From Raillietiella orientalis (Eukaryota), in contig JAYWIR010000001.1 in the NCBI GenBank assembly GCA_036172245.1, positions 2,666,001 through 2,730,000 on the forward strand: DNA of 64,000 nt. Direction: 5' to 3'. This document shows, piece by piece, positions 23,409 to 37,800 of this stretch. The position numbers and the translations under genes were made by a program. Each line of letters starts with the position of its first letter. Within the stretch, counting starts at the first letter, position 1. The notes under the pieces were generated by a model, which searched no databases, was not told the origin of the DNA, and was given only the letters and a program-made list of their open reading frames with translations.

Positions 23409-26400
23409 TGCAACAATCGGAACAGGGACTGAGACGCAAATAAATCTTTTTCAAGGTCGGTGAACCCTCTCTAAAAGTTGCGATTCTCGAGACGGAACGA
23501 ATTCTCATCTGGCCGTGATTTCTCCGGAAAAATGGCAGCCACCCAGAGGCCCTCGGCAGCTGGGACTCGGTACCTGATTGCCCCTCGGGTCGAGCTCCAG
23601 AGGGGTGGGAAGCTACAAGAAGATCTTTTCAATACCGGCGGACGTTCGCGGATTCCCAGCCGGGTGATAACATGCCTCCTCTTCTTTTTTTTTTTCCTTT
23701 CTGGAAGATTTGTAAAGAGTTCCACCAACTATACGAGAAAGCAGAATCCTAAGCACGGTCGCAGAACCCAAAATCACGAGAAGCGTCGAACGGCTTCCGG
23801 AGATGGAACTTTCTTATGAGAGGATTTCATCTTTACAAAAGAAGGGTGAATCCACCACGAGTGAAAAGCAGCCTCGATCTAGGATAGGAAAATAACGTCA
23901 TTCTTTTTCCCCAGCAGTGCCATCTATGGAATAGTTCGTTTATTAAAATCAGGGAGCAAATGGTAGTAGTTCTGGAAAGTTGCAAACTAACACAGTCTTT
24001 CGGAATGTCTTTCTCAAAAAGATAGGAGATTTTTCCAATAGTGGAGCATAGCTATGGTATCCACACAGTATTTCCTCTGATTTGTACTTTGTACTTCATC
24101 AGAATTATTTCAAAGCTCTCCATTCGGACGCAATAATATCTGAAGAGGGATTTGCGGAGAGTAGAATCCATAACTTTGGCGGTGACTTCTTTCGATCGCC
24201 TCCTGATTGATAACACCTCTTGACAAAGCTGCCTTCAACTCAGTCTTTCACACTGTCCTTCAAACATTCAAGTGCTATTTTCAAGTACTACTTATCGAAA
24301 TTGGGACTACGTAAGTTACTTATTATGAGAACGCATTCGTCCTTTTCCTACGTCTTCGAACGACGCAGCATCGGTGCTGTAAGACTGCATATCGATAATG
24401 AAGTCTCTAAAAGGGTGGATCTCGGGATTTCCGGAAGAAACTCGTCTAAGAGCACCTAAGAACTCCACGTTCTCCAACTGAATCTGAAACTACTCAGCCA
24501 TCTGTTTGCCCGTCTGCATTCCCGATCAAGCACGGTAGGAGCGGGCTTTCGAAAAGGGGTTCCTTGAAGCGGCTAAAGAGGAGCGAGAAGATCGCTGAAA
24601 GCACTGTTCCCACCATGGGCGGAAGAGCAGTTCCGAAGGCACGTTTCCAACATCTTTTCACTCTCGTGTTCCTAAGAATCCGAAACCAAAATTGCAAAAA
24701 CAGGATGCTCCCTGTGTAGGCGTTTCCACGGAAAATTCTGATTCACAGGACTCTCCTTTATTAGGGCCATCCGCGAATGTTTCGACTAGCGATCTGTCAT
24801 GTCTGTTGCCATTCAGGAACACGCAGGCATGATGGTGCTTCCCAGAGTGGTGTATTATATAGATGCTAGAGTTGTTTGATATCTCGAGCACGGTAGCAGT
24901 TTTAAGAAGAGCTTGGAGCTTGCATCCCTTCTCTCTACACTCTTTTTCTCTATGCTTCTTATAATTAGCAGCATTCTTCGTTTCGCAACTCCATTCCCAC
25001 CGGCTAGCAGGAACACACCAACCTCCTGGATAAAGGGAAACAGCAAGTTTGTTGCTCGTTTCCTAGTTTCAAAGGACACACACACACACGTTTCGTACTG
25101 GGAATGATGACTGCGAATCCTTTTGGCATCACGAACAAGGAGGTTTTGAGATTTGCCCCAAATCAGAGAGAAGGAAGAAGGGGAACCGGGTAGTAAAAAT
25201 TTCAGGGCATCAGCCATTCGATCGGTGCTTTTAGAACGAAGATGGAAGCAAAGCAGATTTTAGGGAGGATAGGGTACTTTAGTCACGTGATCATCATCTT
25301 GCGAAGAAAGCAGTTCTTAGGTGCATTTCTTGTCCTTATGGGAAGCCCCAGAGCGTTTCGGAAGCACCAACAGCTCCTTGCTGTTGCCCGGATACTTTCT
25401 TTTTGGTTCGATAGATGAAGAGCAAAGGAGACCAGGTCTCGGAAGACAAGAAAGGTATACTTAGAGGTTCTCAGCTATAAGAGGAATCCCTGATGCATCA
25501 AGAGAGAAGCTTGCTCATCGCAAAGAAACGACTTCCTACATCACTCTTCTTTCCAGTAGCACTTTACTTCACGGGTTCCCATGAGATCCGACTCCATGAC
25601 GCCCTTTTGGTCCATCCATATAAGAAATCACGTGCCACAGAAGCTTAGCTAAAGCCAAAAGAATTCGCAAGGCTCTAAGGGAGAGTAGCACCAAGCTATT
25701 CTCAGGTGTCATCGGGATTAGGGATGCCTCAAACTTCAAGTCTTTGGTTGAGAAGAGCAGTTGTGAAGGTGCGGTGGTTATAACTTAAAATCACAGTTAA
25801 AAGGAAAAATACCCTGTGGCTCCGGAGAATCGATTGCAAGTGCTCCTGGGTGTGTGGTTGCTGCAAGCTCTGTTGTGAGATTTTCCAAACTTTAGAAGAC
25901 TGTTTTGTATATTCCTTTGCTTTGCGGCTTGGTTCTTCCTTTCCGCTTCCACTTTCTGTCTTTCCCACCTTCTGAACCTTCAGGATCTCGAAACGTGCAC
26001 TCATGGCTTCCAGTGCTCTCCCCCCCCTAGTGTACCAGTTACCCTTCTCTCATGGATCATTGCTGGATGCATCAATATATCTGGATGCAGGTCATTAATA
26101 CATCATGACAGCCTCAGAGGAAAATTCATTGCGAAGTAACGATAAAGAGCATAATATTCCGCTCAGCTACCTACTCATGGAAACCAGACGATGAGAAAGG
26201 GTGATTCGTTTAAAAATCACTATACAATGCAAGTGCAATTCCAGCAAGTGGTGTGGTTAGCCGCAGTGATGCTGCATCCCCACAAGTTAGCCCCAGCTTT
26301 CCCTATCCAGTTTCTTCCGAGACAGGAGGTAAAACGGGGATCAAGAAAGCTTCTTTCGAAGAGAAAATATGTGGCTAACTGTCGTTTACGTGCATACATA

Positions 26401-29400
26401 TAGTTGGGGATGTACGTTACGTATATATACATGGTTGTACACCTGCTTGTGCGCATACATATGTGAAAACGTAAACACGTTTGTATGAAAGACATGCAAA
26501 TATGGATGATCTTCAGGTAATCTATAAACCTTCATGTTTCTGCGGGAAAATTTGCGAGATGACGGTGAGTTTTCTTTTTAACTCTTCTCCAAGGAATGCA
26601 AAGGTTGGAAGAATACGTTGAAACATCTTCCTTATAATTTATGTGCTCTGACTACAGCGTATCAGCAAAACCAAAACCGTCCATTCCTCTGCATTGTACT
26701 GGAAGAGCGCCAGTACGATATGACTGCTCAGTGATTGTACGGTGCTACGGGAATTCTATCAATAATGGCGTTCTTTGTAATTAACAGGTCTAGAAAACCA
26801 TTTGGAGGATTTTCCGTTGTACCAGGACTGCCACACAGGAAATCGCACTACTGAAAATCGGCTTATCGGCAGATTTGCACCCATGGGATGAAAATCAAAA
26901 GATAGAGCGTCATCCAGGCGTATCTGCCCACTTCCTCAGTGTACACATCCCGCCTGAAATTTCACATCGGTCCGCTTGGCCATACCGTCTCTTTCCCATT
27001 AGTCAACAGTCCTCTGTATTTTAAGATCAGAGTCTGCTTTAGTCATCTGCACTCATCAATGTGGTCTCTGGGAAGACTTAGGTACGCGTGTACCTTTTCG
27101 AAAATACGAGCTTGTGAATTGAAATCAATAGTTTTCCTCCTCGTCCACGAGCTGATAACGCAAGGCATAAAATACGCATCTGCGTGGCGAAGATGATAAG
27201 GTGGTCTGTTCTCGCTGGCAGAGAATTTTCCAGGGGCACGAAACTTTCCTTGAAAAGGAATCTCTGATTAGAATGCATATCTTACTCTTCTGGGAAACAA
27301 GCATGGCTGCGAATGGTACTCAGCATCGTGCTGCTGCCCAGAGGTTTCAACAGAGGGAAGAGAGCACATGCCGCCGTGACCACCACTGCATGGATGTGGC
27401 TGTTGGATCGGCTCGAGAAAAGCCAGTGAGTTCCGTCGTTCGAACCAGGGTTTTCTGCTTCTCCGCAAAGACTTTCGCGATCATGCCAACTTGAATCGCC
27501 TAGCAACCCTAAGGTAAACTTTATGCTCGCGAGCGATTCCGGGCCTTCTGCTCAACGACGGATTTCCCAGGATACGAGGAGGATGCCACACAAATCAAAC
27601 GCTGATCCAAAAGTTTGTTGGCTTGAATTTCAGAGAGTGGGTTTTTTTTTTTTTTCAAGCACAAGTTCCACTGATTGACATGACGCTTGGTTATTTAATT
27701 TAAAGCGCTTTTTCATGTAAACTGCTCAATTCGGAAACTTGGGTTCGAACACAACTGGAGAGGATTCCATTTCAATGCCTTTTAAAGCGGAATCCTGTTT
27801 TAGATAGGAGTCCAAAAGATCCGGATGACGTCTGACATCTTCCGGAGAGAAAATGAACTCGAGAGTCGGAAAGTTGGAAAGGGGGTTGTTTTGAGTCGGC
27901 ATGAGCCGAATAAGTGATGCGCTTCTGCTGAGGCACACGGACAGAAATCAGAAAAGTCTTCCAAACTCACATCGAGAGAGAGAAGTGTCGTTTAAGCTGT
28001 TTTCGTACTGACTGAAATTTTATTCCACTCCGCAATGTGTAAGCTGCGTGATCAATCAACCACGAAAATCACTCTAAAGCCAACGGGAAGAGTGTCCAAA
28101 TTATCCCGATGAACTCCCAGATACAGGAGAATCAGATCTCTGGAGATGAGAGTCGTTTCGCTGTCTGGATGGAACCGCATATCGCATAAACATCGGAACG
28201 GATCGTCACGGGAGAGAAACGCCGCTCCTGCCGGTGCTTCGAAAAGGGGCCAAGGATCGTCACAGGGATGGTATGGAAACTGCTTGAGGTCTCCCAATGC
28301 ATCCCTTAATCATGCCACAGGTATTCACCTCGATCTGTACCGTGGTCGCAACTCGGCCATTTCATCTCTTCACGCGACGCTCTCGCTGCTGGGGGCTGAA
28401 TACTGCTGTTGGATTCAAACAGCTTTGGGGAATTTGCAGAGTCCTTTTTGCCGTGCAGAGCTCGAGACTTTTTTGGAGTTGCACCTTTGTTTTCTAAAAT
28501 CTTTTCCCTTCCCTTCCTTTTTTTTTTTTTTGCTTTTAAATCTGATCCAGTTGAAAATAACCGATCAGTGAGGTTTATCCAGAGCTCTGTTCCTTTTGCA
28601 TCTCTTCATTCATCGGATTGTACGTCTCGTGGACGTCCACGTTGCAAAACAAAAGGAACTTGCTTTTTCCCTATCACTTTCGTCCACCGTTCCATCTGTC
28701 TCGTCTCCGGAGCTCTCGAGCAAGCTGGACCGGTGAGACCAGAGGGCATTCGCGACGCAACGCGGGGAAAAAAAAAAAAAAAAGCGCACACGAAAATAAA
28801 TAAAAGCAATCGATGTTTGCAAGTCTCTGATTCAAGACAGGGGCGTTCCTTGTGCACCGCGGTGTGTGATGACCTGCAGGCGTCTCTTAAACAGACCTGC
28901 TGAGAGGAAAAGCCTTCCCCAGCAGCTGGACTAAACGTTCGCAATTCACGCAATAGGGCTTGGCATGCTCTTGGGAACAAAACTCGTGGTGATCAAGGCT
29001 CTTGGAATCGACGAGTTTGGGCTTCACACGTTATTTTGTGTGCGCGTTTTTTTGTTTTTGTAACATATTGACACTAATGAGCGTGCACTCGATGCAAAAG
29101 TCGATTCCTACAGATGAGAGTGCTTTTTTTCTCTCGCTGCATTTTTATACATAGAGAACAAATGGAACAAACGCACGAACCATTGCAATTTTCTTCTGGA
29201 GAGGGCCACTGGCAAGCGCGAATCTGGAATCCCCTCTCGGATGGGATTCTGTGCTGCGCGTGTGACGAGGGAAAAATTTGGTGTTTTGTATGTTTCGGCG
29301 CAAACTTCGTGTGCGAAAACGGGAGAGCGGCCACGGAAACTCACGTGGAAGTTTCGCCCCGTGACGCTCCATCTCGAAGCTCCCCTCTTCGCAGAGGAGG

Positions 29401-31837
29401 CAGCCCAGGGGGAAATCAGGGCTGCCAACACCTCCACTCGTCAGCGGGTTCGGGCCTTCGGAACATCACGTTTCCGTTACTCCGTCTGGGGCTTCTTTCC
29501 TGACGCGAACGCTTCTCCTTTGTGCACGTGCCATTTCATTAGGATGTTGGAAATCCAATCTGAGGTTGCTCTCAGGAATTGGATTTATGAGGTAAGACGC
29601 AGCGGCTCTCTTATTCGCAACGTAAAAGAACGATTTCTTAAAGAGGCAGAACGGCGGATCCTGGCAGGGTGCAGCCTGTTCGGATTTTCTTAAGGCTTAA
29701 AAATCGAGTCCGCTTCCAGATGCCTCCATTCCAGAGTGCATCCCACGGGCTCTTCGTCTCGGCGGATTCCTTCTCGGTTTCGAAGGAGCAAAAGGGAGGA
29801 GCAAGAAGGGAGCCGTGAAGAAGACAGCGCCCTCGCTCTGGAATAAGACCCTGGACACAAGGCAATAAAGGAGCGAGCTGAAGCCTGCAAGAAGTGCCTG
29901 GGGTTTCGCACCCGTGACGGATGGGAACGGACGGCACTCTCCTCCATCAGCAAAGATGGCCGCTCCGAACCGATCCGAACGCCACGAGCATCCGAAGAAG
30001 GCTGCAGAGTGAGAAGCAGATCGAGGGGAGGAGGCAGAACCTTCCAGGGGCATCCAGGCTCTTGCATGCTGGCTTCAACCGACCACCTTCTGCGACGGGT
30101 GGGGGGAGTTTCCAGCGGTTGCTCAGGACGGCAACGGACTCGCTGCCGGAAAATCCGGGCAGCTTCCTCATCACCTCATCAATTCCTCCGCTTCCTCCGC
30201 AATTTTGCGTCTTGCGCATGGTGCGAGAGGGCGTCTGTCCGTTTCCACGGAGAAGTTTCTGCGGGTGGAGCAGCTCTTCTTGAAGAGCAGCGAGCACCTC
30301 TTTCCTCCTTCCGTTCGGACGTGGGAAAAACACGCTCCGGGCACGCGCAGCACATTGAGCGAATCACATAAGAGGCTCTTCAGGTCAGCACTGGCCGCGT
30401 ACCCCGAACGGCGCCACGGGAGCAGTTCGGTTCCCAATGTCGACCACTCTGAGCCGTTCGGAAAGCGGCACCACAGCAGTCTCGGAGTTCCGTGGATCGC
30501 GTGCAGGCGTCACGGACGCTTTGCATTCGGCGACTTCGTTCGCATCTCCCTTGCCCCACCCCACCTCCTCCTTTCCCTATCCGTTCTGCGACTTCCGATC
30601 TTCTCCGGCTCCATATCTTTTGATCCGTCTCGAGAGGAGAGAATGCTGGCGCTCCTCCCCTTCCTCCATCGGTTTTCTCTCCCTTTCCGTTTCCCCCCTC
30701 TGCTTACCCACTTCAGAGTGGAAGGGTGTTTTCCGCCCCACGCCTCTCTGATTCTCGAAACCGATTCGAGCCCGACGTGAAACTTTACTGATCTCGGATT
30801 TAGCATCCCAACTTCATTTGCGACGCACCTGTCATGCCCCATCGCGTGTCTCCTGCTTGTTCTGAGTTCCCGGAACTTTGCAGCTGCTCAGGAGAATTCC
30901 TTTGGACGCCAGCTACCTTCAGGAATTCGGGTTCGGCCCCAGCGTTTCGGGACATGAGTTTCGATCTAGGAATTTTTCGTGGGACCGTTCTATCTGGAGA
31001 CGGGAGCTGTTTCCGCGAGCCCGCCTTCATGGGAAAGCAGCAGCTTTGCGGACGGACGGTGACGGGAAGACCGACCCCCGGAATAGGGGTTGGACTCGTG
31101 ACCCAGGTCATTGTAAGTTCCCCGCTGTCGTCTCCTGCGCCTCCACCAGCATCGCAGGCGGCGGAGAGAGTCGAGTTTCTTCCAGGATGCTGCACAACGT
31201 TCCTGCGCGGTGTCTCCCGAGGAAACGGAGATTTCCCTTGAAACGGTTACCGTTCTTTCCTTCGGTAGGGAAGTCTCGCCTGCGACCTCGGTGAGACGGT
31301 CGTGCGCTCTCCTCCCACGCAGGGCCGAAAGGCAGCAGTCGCGCTATCGGCCGGGAGTTCCACATCCCGAGGTCTTCCTCGTGACCTTGGGGCGTGGAGC
31401 CATTTCGCCAGCTGACGGGAGGCGAGAGGGGGGAGACGGTGGGAATGCTTGCACGCCTGGAAGAGCGTCCTGCGCAGGAGGCACCTGCGTGGATCCCGCT
31501 GCTGGGGTTAGCCGCGTCAAGCTCGCTCTCCGCGGGCCGCACATCCTCGGACCGAGCAGCCTGCCCTAACGCGGATGTCCCGCCGTTTCCGGTACGTCTT
31601 CACGTGCACACGAGGGCTCTCGCGGATGCGTGGTCCGTCACCGCCGCGGGATCGGAGGGAAGCCACAGTTGGGTGGGAGCGCGCGCGTGAGCGCGTTCAC
31701 ACGCGAGAGCCACGCGTGCATTTCCGTCCGCGCGTGTGTGGTGGCACGCTCCCGTGCACGGCAGAGCATGCGGGGGTGCGTGCACGCACGTGCGCACGAG
31801 CAGAGGGGGGGGGCGGCGGAGTACGCAGAGGCGTTCA

Positions 31838-31856
31838 TGGCACCATCTGCTGGCCG
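31838..31856 (-). promoter_or_regulatory. CTCF-like binding motif
   Basis: Minus strand CGGCCAGCAGATGGTGCCA closely matches the CTCF core consensus CC[AG][CG][CT]AG[AG][GT]GGC[AG]C with one mismatch. Confidence 0.4.
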
Positions 31857-34800
31857 CTCGACCAGGAACGCGTGCCTAACCCACGGCTTCTCCCGTGCTG
31901 AGCGGGATCATTTCCGTGAAAACGACCATCGTCTGCGTCCGGTGGGATGAGTTGACGGTCTGAAGCCGGCCCACCGACGCCGACGTCGGAAGGCCGAATC
32001 TGTCGGTGGTCATAGCGGTCCTCCCGCACAAGACGAGAACTCAGAGGAGGTGGAAGGGCTGGTTTCCTCTCCACCCTCTCTCTCTGCCGCTGCCCCGCCA
32101 GCGGCAGGGAGAGAGGAGACTCGAGACTTCCAACCGACCCTGCCGGTGACTGCGGTGCGAGCCCGAGTGCGCGGGCTCCAGGCCAACCGTGGTGCACGGT
32201 GTCGCCGCTCACGATGACCCCGAGAGACCCGCTTCCTCGGGACTCCTAGAAGGCTCCGGTGGATGGCGGTGGGTTGTCGAATCATACGTGCGGCAGTCCG
32301 CTCCGCCGCCACCGTGCCGTCAGTCCCCGAGGCGATAGCCACCCCCCACTCCCCCACCCCCCATCCTCCTCACCGTCTCCTCCTCTCTGCCGCCTCCAGG
32401 GATCGTGTCTGCTGTCTGCACCCACGTGCTACTCCTGGAACCCCTGGCGTGCACGACGGCGCCCATGACCCATGATCACTCCATCCGGGGTCCACGAGAA
32501 GGAGGAAAAAGCGTCTCAGGAGTACCCGAGGGCGCGCGCAGCACCCTTGAGCGGGAGTGGCGAACGGTCGCCTCTGGGAACCCTCCGGTGGTCGGGCGCT
32601 TCCCCGGTGATAGAGGAAGGCTGCAGAGGTTCCGGCGGGCTCCACCCGTGGGCCCCGGAGCAAAGCCTCCCGCATCCTCCACTGGACGCTCTGCGAGCAG
32701 CGATCCCCGCCGCTCCCTCGGTGGCGCGGCCTTCCTCCTGGTGGCCGCGTGTGCAGGTCCAACAGGAGGAGGAATTGGAGGGCAGGGCGGCGCCGAGCGT
32801 CCTTGCCCTCCTGGCATCTCCCCCTCTTGGCTCCCCTGAAGGATGGACCTGAACCCCTCCGAGGGGCAAGACCCATTCCACGCGAGTCCGCCTGGTCAGT
32901 CGCGGAGGCTTCCAGGAGGGGTCGGGACGAGCCCTCCAGGGAAAAGCGCCTGCCGCCCCCAGAAGCAGGCGGGCGGAGAGAACGGGTAGGCGGGGAGACC
33001 CGGTAGCCGTGAAAACGGGACCACCCAGCAGCAAGCAAAGGGTGGTGGTGGTGCGAGGAGCTCTCTCGGGCAGGAGGGAGCGACGGGAGGGAAAGCACCC
33101 TACCACGGGGAGCATTCCCGGTTCCTGAGGCCCCGGCTTCCCTGGGGAAGGCGCATTAGCAGAACGGTTCCGGGATTCCAGGAACGCCCCTCCCTCTCTC
33201 TCCCTTCCCTTTGCGCAACGAAAGCCTGCTCAGGGTCGCCACCACTGTTACCGGAGCGACCTGGGAGCACTCCTGGAGAGGAGGGGGAGTGAGAGGGATC
33301 CCGGTTGCGGAAGAAGCGGCTTCCCCCCCTACCTTAGCGACAGAGGAGTCTTCGAGCGGTCATCCTGCAGGAAGGCTCCCCTCTCTTCGTGCCTCCGCTC
33401 CAGAAACCGGGAGAACCTCCCCATGCATCCCCCTGGGACGTGTCTCACCACATCCCCAAGATGAAAACCTGGCGGGAGGAGGGCCGCTTTCTTCCCGGGG
33501 GGCCGACGACGGGGATCCCCTGCGCACTTCAGACGGCGTCCCTCTGCGTAGAGTCCGCGGGCGGTGAGAAAGGAGGGGGCTCGTCTCCTACCCCGCCTTG
33601 CCTCCCTGGGCCGAGGCTGCTCAGTCGACCACCCGCTACTCCCTCCGCTCCGGGGCTCGGATTCGGTCTGAGGGTAGACCAAGCTCTCCGGCTGGGACGG
33701 ATCCAGGGATGCTGCATCCCTAGACCATCCGGCGTGCTGTTCGCGGTTCGTCGCTGCCTCGCGAAAGGAACAAGGAAGAAGAGGGGGGAAAAGGATCCAC
33801 GTTCTCCCGCCAAAAAAGGAAGGAAAGGAGGCGCATCGCATAAACGCGTGCGCTGCTCGACCCTGCAGAGCCCGCAGTGGCTCCCTTTTGCCTCTTCCCC
33901 CATGCACCTACTCTTTGAGATCCCCCCTCCGTCTCGACCTGCGGGCGCAGGCGGGGGATGCCCTAGGGGATATTTCCGAGCCGACCGATCCCGGTTCGTC
34001 TCGTCCCACCGGAAGGGCTTCCCTGGGTGAGGCGGAGGAAAGGTGCAGGAGGTGAGGGTGAAAAGAGAATCCAGAGGTCCAGGAACGGGGGAGGTTCTTC
34101 GGCCTCTCTTCCCGGGACGCGAGTACCGGATCCTTCAGGAGGGAGCCGGGAAGTGGAGCCGCGGAGCCACTTTCTCGTCTGGAGCACACGGGCGGGAGGA
34201 ACTGCCCACGGGGCGTTCGAGGACCACGCCCATCACCAGGAGCAGGCAGTCCATTCTCGGAATGCGAGGGATGCCGTAGCCTCTTCCTGAGAGAGGGAAA
34301 GGGGTGCGACGGACATCTCCCGGATCGCTCCTGTTCCGCTACACCGCGGGAGCAAGCGTTTCCTTTTAAGCGACTCCTCCCAGGGCGCTGACCTTCCAGC
34401 CGCTGGCCATTCTCTCCCTCCTCCTCCTCGGTCCGCCTCCTCCCAACGCTGCAGGCAGCTCGTCCTCTTCATGTAGAGCCACGCCCGGCAAGACCCTTCT
34501 CTCCCTCCTCTCTGGGACACGGGCTGGTACCGATCAGAAAGCGCCGGCCAGGAGCGACCTGGGCAGCAGAGAGCCGGAGGGGGACGGCTCGAACCCCGTC
34601 CAGTTGCTCGCTCCCTCTCCTTGCAGGATCCCATCCTTCTCCGAAAGACGGAGGCAGCGGAAGCCTCTCCGCCCACTTCCCGTCCTCCTCGCACGCCGGG
34701 AAGCTTGCGCGCCGAACCTCCAGGGCGTTCGCCGGTGGCATCGGCCGCCGGCTCCGTTGCCGTGGAGACCCTCGTTCCTTGGTCCCCTGCTGGTCCCTGG

Positions 34801-37800
34801 AGCGCCTGAGCCTTCTCCGCGGATTTCCCCTTGAGTAAGGAAGACAGATTTCCCTGTAAGTGACCCCCTCCTCCTCCTCTCCCTTCTCTAGGTAGCCCAC
34901 GGCCTCTCGGATTGGTTCCTGGCTTACAAAATCTTCTGTCCGGGAGGCTGCGTAGGAAGGAAAGGGAGGGGAGGCAAACGGAGAGGGAGGTCCGATGAAC
35001 CCCGGGGTAGTGTCTCCCGGCTGCTTGTGTCCTCAGTTCCGGAAACTCGAGAAGTGGGGCGCTTTGGGTGGGGGATGGCGGCGTATGAGATCTCCCGTAA
35101 AAAGAAGGGGGACGCAGGAGTCGCGTGCGGCGCGTTGCCCCACGTTCCCGGAAGAGCGCGACCGTTCCTCGACTCCCCCCGCTTCCAGGATCCTTCGTTC
35201 CCGAAGCTCCTGCAGATCGCGGGAACGGAAAGGGAGGATCCAAGAGTCCCCGATCCCCGCGGGGGGAAGGAAGGAAGGAGGGAGCCGGGGGGGGGGGAAG
35301 GGGAGAAGAGGTTCCCTGGGGAAGATAGGGAACGCAGGAGACGGCTAGGACAACTGCCGCTTTTTCCCCCCTCCGAGGCAGCGGGAATCGATCGCTCCCG
35401 GCCGGGAGGGCGGTCCAGGAAAGGAGAGGCAGCGGCGGGAGAGTGCGAGCGCCGTTCCGGAAGACGCCGCTCCCTACCCGTCCTTTTGGCAACGCGTGGA
35501 TTCCTTCCGTAACGCGAAGACACCTTCTCAGGGAAGAGGAGAGGAGAGGAGTCTCTGCTGCGTCTCGATCCGGTCCTCATCACGGAGCCACGAAAGGCGA
35601 TCCTTCTGAGGTCGCCTCCACCCGCAGCCCCGCGCGCACGAAGCCCCCCGAAGAGACAGATATTGGCCTCGCCTCGGGCCGGTCGAGGCGGAGGAGCGGG
35701 ATTCCCACGAAGTGCCCCGCAAGGAAAGAGGTGGGAGGGGAAGTGGGAATCCTGCACGCGCGCCCTTCTCCCGGTGAGGGTGATAGTACCCAGGATCGCC
35801 GCCGTTCGAGCGCTCCGAAGGCTCTCTGTGGCTCCGCCGGGAGCACCCGATGGCCTTCACTCGCCCGTCTGGAGGCGCCATCTCTCGCGCGCCCGCACAG
35901 CGGGAGTGGCGATGTCCAGGAAAGTTTCCGGGATCGCCGCGATCCGACGTCGCGGAGGATCCCCACGCACGCGATTCCCCCGGAGGCGACCCAAGGCTGC
36001 GACGTTCCGGGAACGAGGAATCTCGTCCCGTTACGGGTGCCTTTCCCGGGAGCTCCCGCTGCCGCATGAGAGAAACGAGGCTACCCCCGAGGCCGGCCCG
36101 CCGCCGTCGCCCGCGCAAGGAGGGGAAGGGAGGGGGCGGAAGAGGGGGAACGAAACTGGGAAAACGGGGGCTGCTAATCAGCGAGCAGGGATCGCCTCCC
36201 AGGCACCGCCCTCCGAGCCGCCGTCCCGACGCCTTCCCAGCTCCAATGGTCTTCCGCAGGGATGCCCGCGAACCCGCCCATTGGCTGCGATCCTTCCGCG
36301 CCGCCGCCCCCCGACCGTTCCCTTCGCGCCCCCGATGCTCCAAATGCGGCCGTTTGCATGCGAGTCAGCTCTCCCCCAAGAGACGAGCGGGCCGCTCCCG
36401 GCCGTGCTGCGGGGACAGGCGCCTGGCCTTTTGTTCCCGCGGAACCCTTTGTGACGGCGCGAGGGAATTTCCCGAGCGGGAACAATGGGGAGCGGCTGGC
36501 TGTTATTCCGTCGAGGCAGCACTGCCCTGGAGCTCCGAGAGCGCCGATGTGCTCCCTGGGTGACGCACCGAAACCGCTCGCCCCGGAGCGGGTGGTTAGG
36601 GCGCGCGCGGGTCTCAAGGAGAGCACGCAGCCGAGATTCCCTTGGAGACGGCTACAAAAGAGCAAAGACCGGTGCCCTCGATCCAGCTGCTGGGGAGTGG
36701 CTGAAGGCCGGAGCCGGTCCATCGCTGCCCGGCCTCCGCGCTCCTCGGGGAAGAGGGCGCCGCAGCCGGGCAGGGGAGCTAGGCGGGGACGCAGGCTTTA
36801 AAGACAGGGAAGGAGGTGGGTCGGTGCGGCGGCAGGAATTCCTGCGGACGGCGTGCGACGCCAACTTGCAAGGGAATCTCACGGATGGGGAGGGGGAAGG
36901 GGTTGGAACTGCCCGTCTTACCACGCGATCAGCCCGCGACCTTCGTGGTGACGTTCATTGCTGCGGCGCTCATTCGACGGCGCCATGACGAGATGAAGCC
37001 GCCGGGCGCTCCCCATAGGTGGCCGCTGCGGGGAGCTCCAGCAGGCGGCCGTAGACCGACGCAAGACTCTCGAAATGCCGACACGCGCACCACGCAGCCA
37101 CACGCCCATCGCCCAGCTCTCTCCAAGGACACTAACTCTTTCACGCCCTCTACCCTCACGAGCACTGCTTGCTGCGCTGCTGGTTTCCTTAAGGAGGAGG
37201 AAGAACCCTTCTGGCCCTTGTAGAGTTTCCTGCCTGCCTGTGGTTCGGCCCAGGCAGCGACCACCGGAAACGCTCCTGCAACAGCATGCTTCCGGCAACA
37301 CTTCCTGCAATGCGTGAAGAAGCAGAGGAAGAGATCTCAAGGATGTGTGGCAAGACGCAGCAGCAGCCGCGCGGGCAGTGCTGTTGCTCGCCGGAAGCTG
37401 CAGAAGCAACGGCCTCATCAGCAGTCATCTGGGAAGTCGAGGAATGCTTCTCACGACCCCGTCCGGCACACAGTAGATCCCTCCCTAAGAAAACGCCTGA
37501 CCGGGAGCTTTCGAAGCAATGCGTCTCCAACGCGAGAAACTCAAAGGCAGGTGGGTGAGGCAAGAAGCGAATGCTCATCCTCGCTTGACCGAGAAGATTC
37601 TGGTTACCTTGGTTTCTTAGACCCCGGAGCAAGTCAGGGAACAGCTGCTGCTTTAGAAGGAGCGAGGGTGGAAGCGATGAAATGGGATTGGGATTCTCAA
37701 AAAAAAAACGCGGGCTTAACTGGACGCCTCCTGAGGCTCAAAAATATCCCCCAGCGGCGTAGATGGAGGTGGAGTTACCCGTCCGCTGCCTCGAGTTTCT

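Noticed and set aside
24390..24397. Single DRE-like TATCGATA
   Set aside because: One isolated 8-mer is expected by chance; no other promoter evidence nearby.
32400..32852. Plus-strand acceptor-like site followed by a 126-aa ORF
   Set aside because: In-frame stop at 32466-32468 between acceptor and ORF, no homology, GC-rich context.
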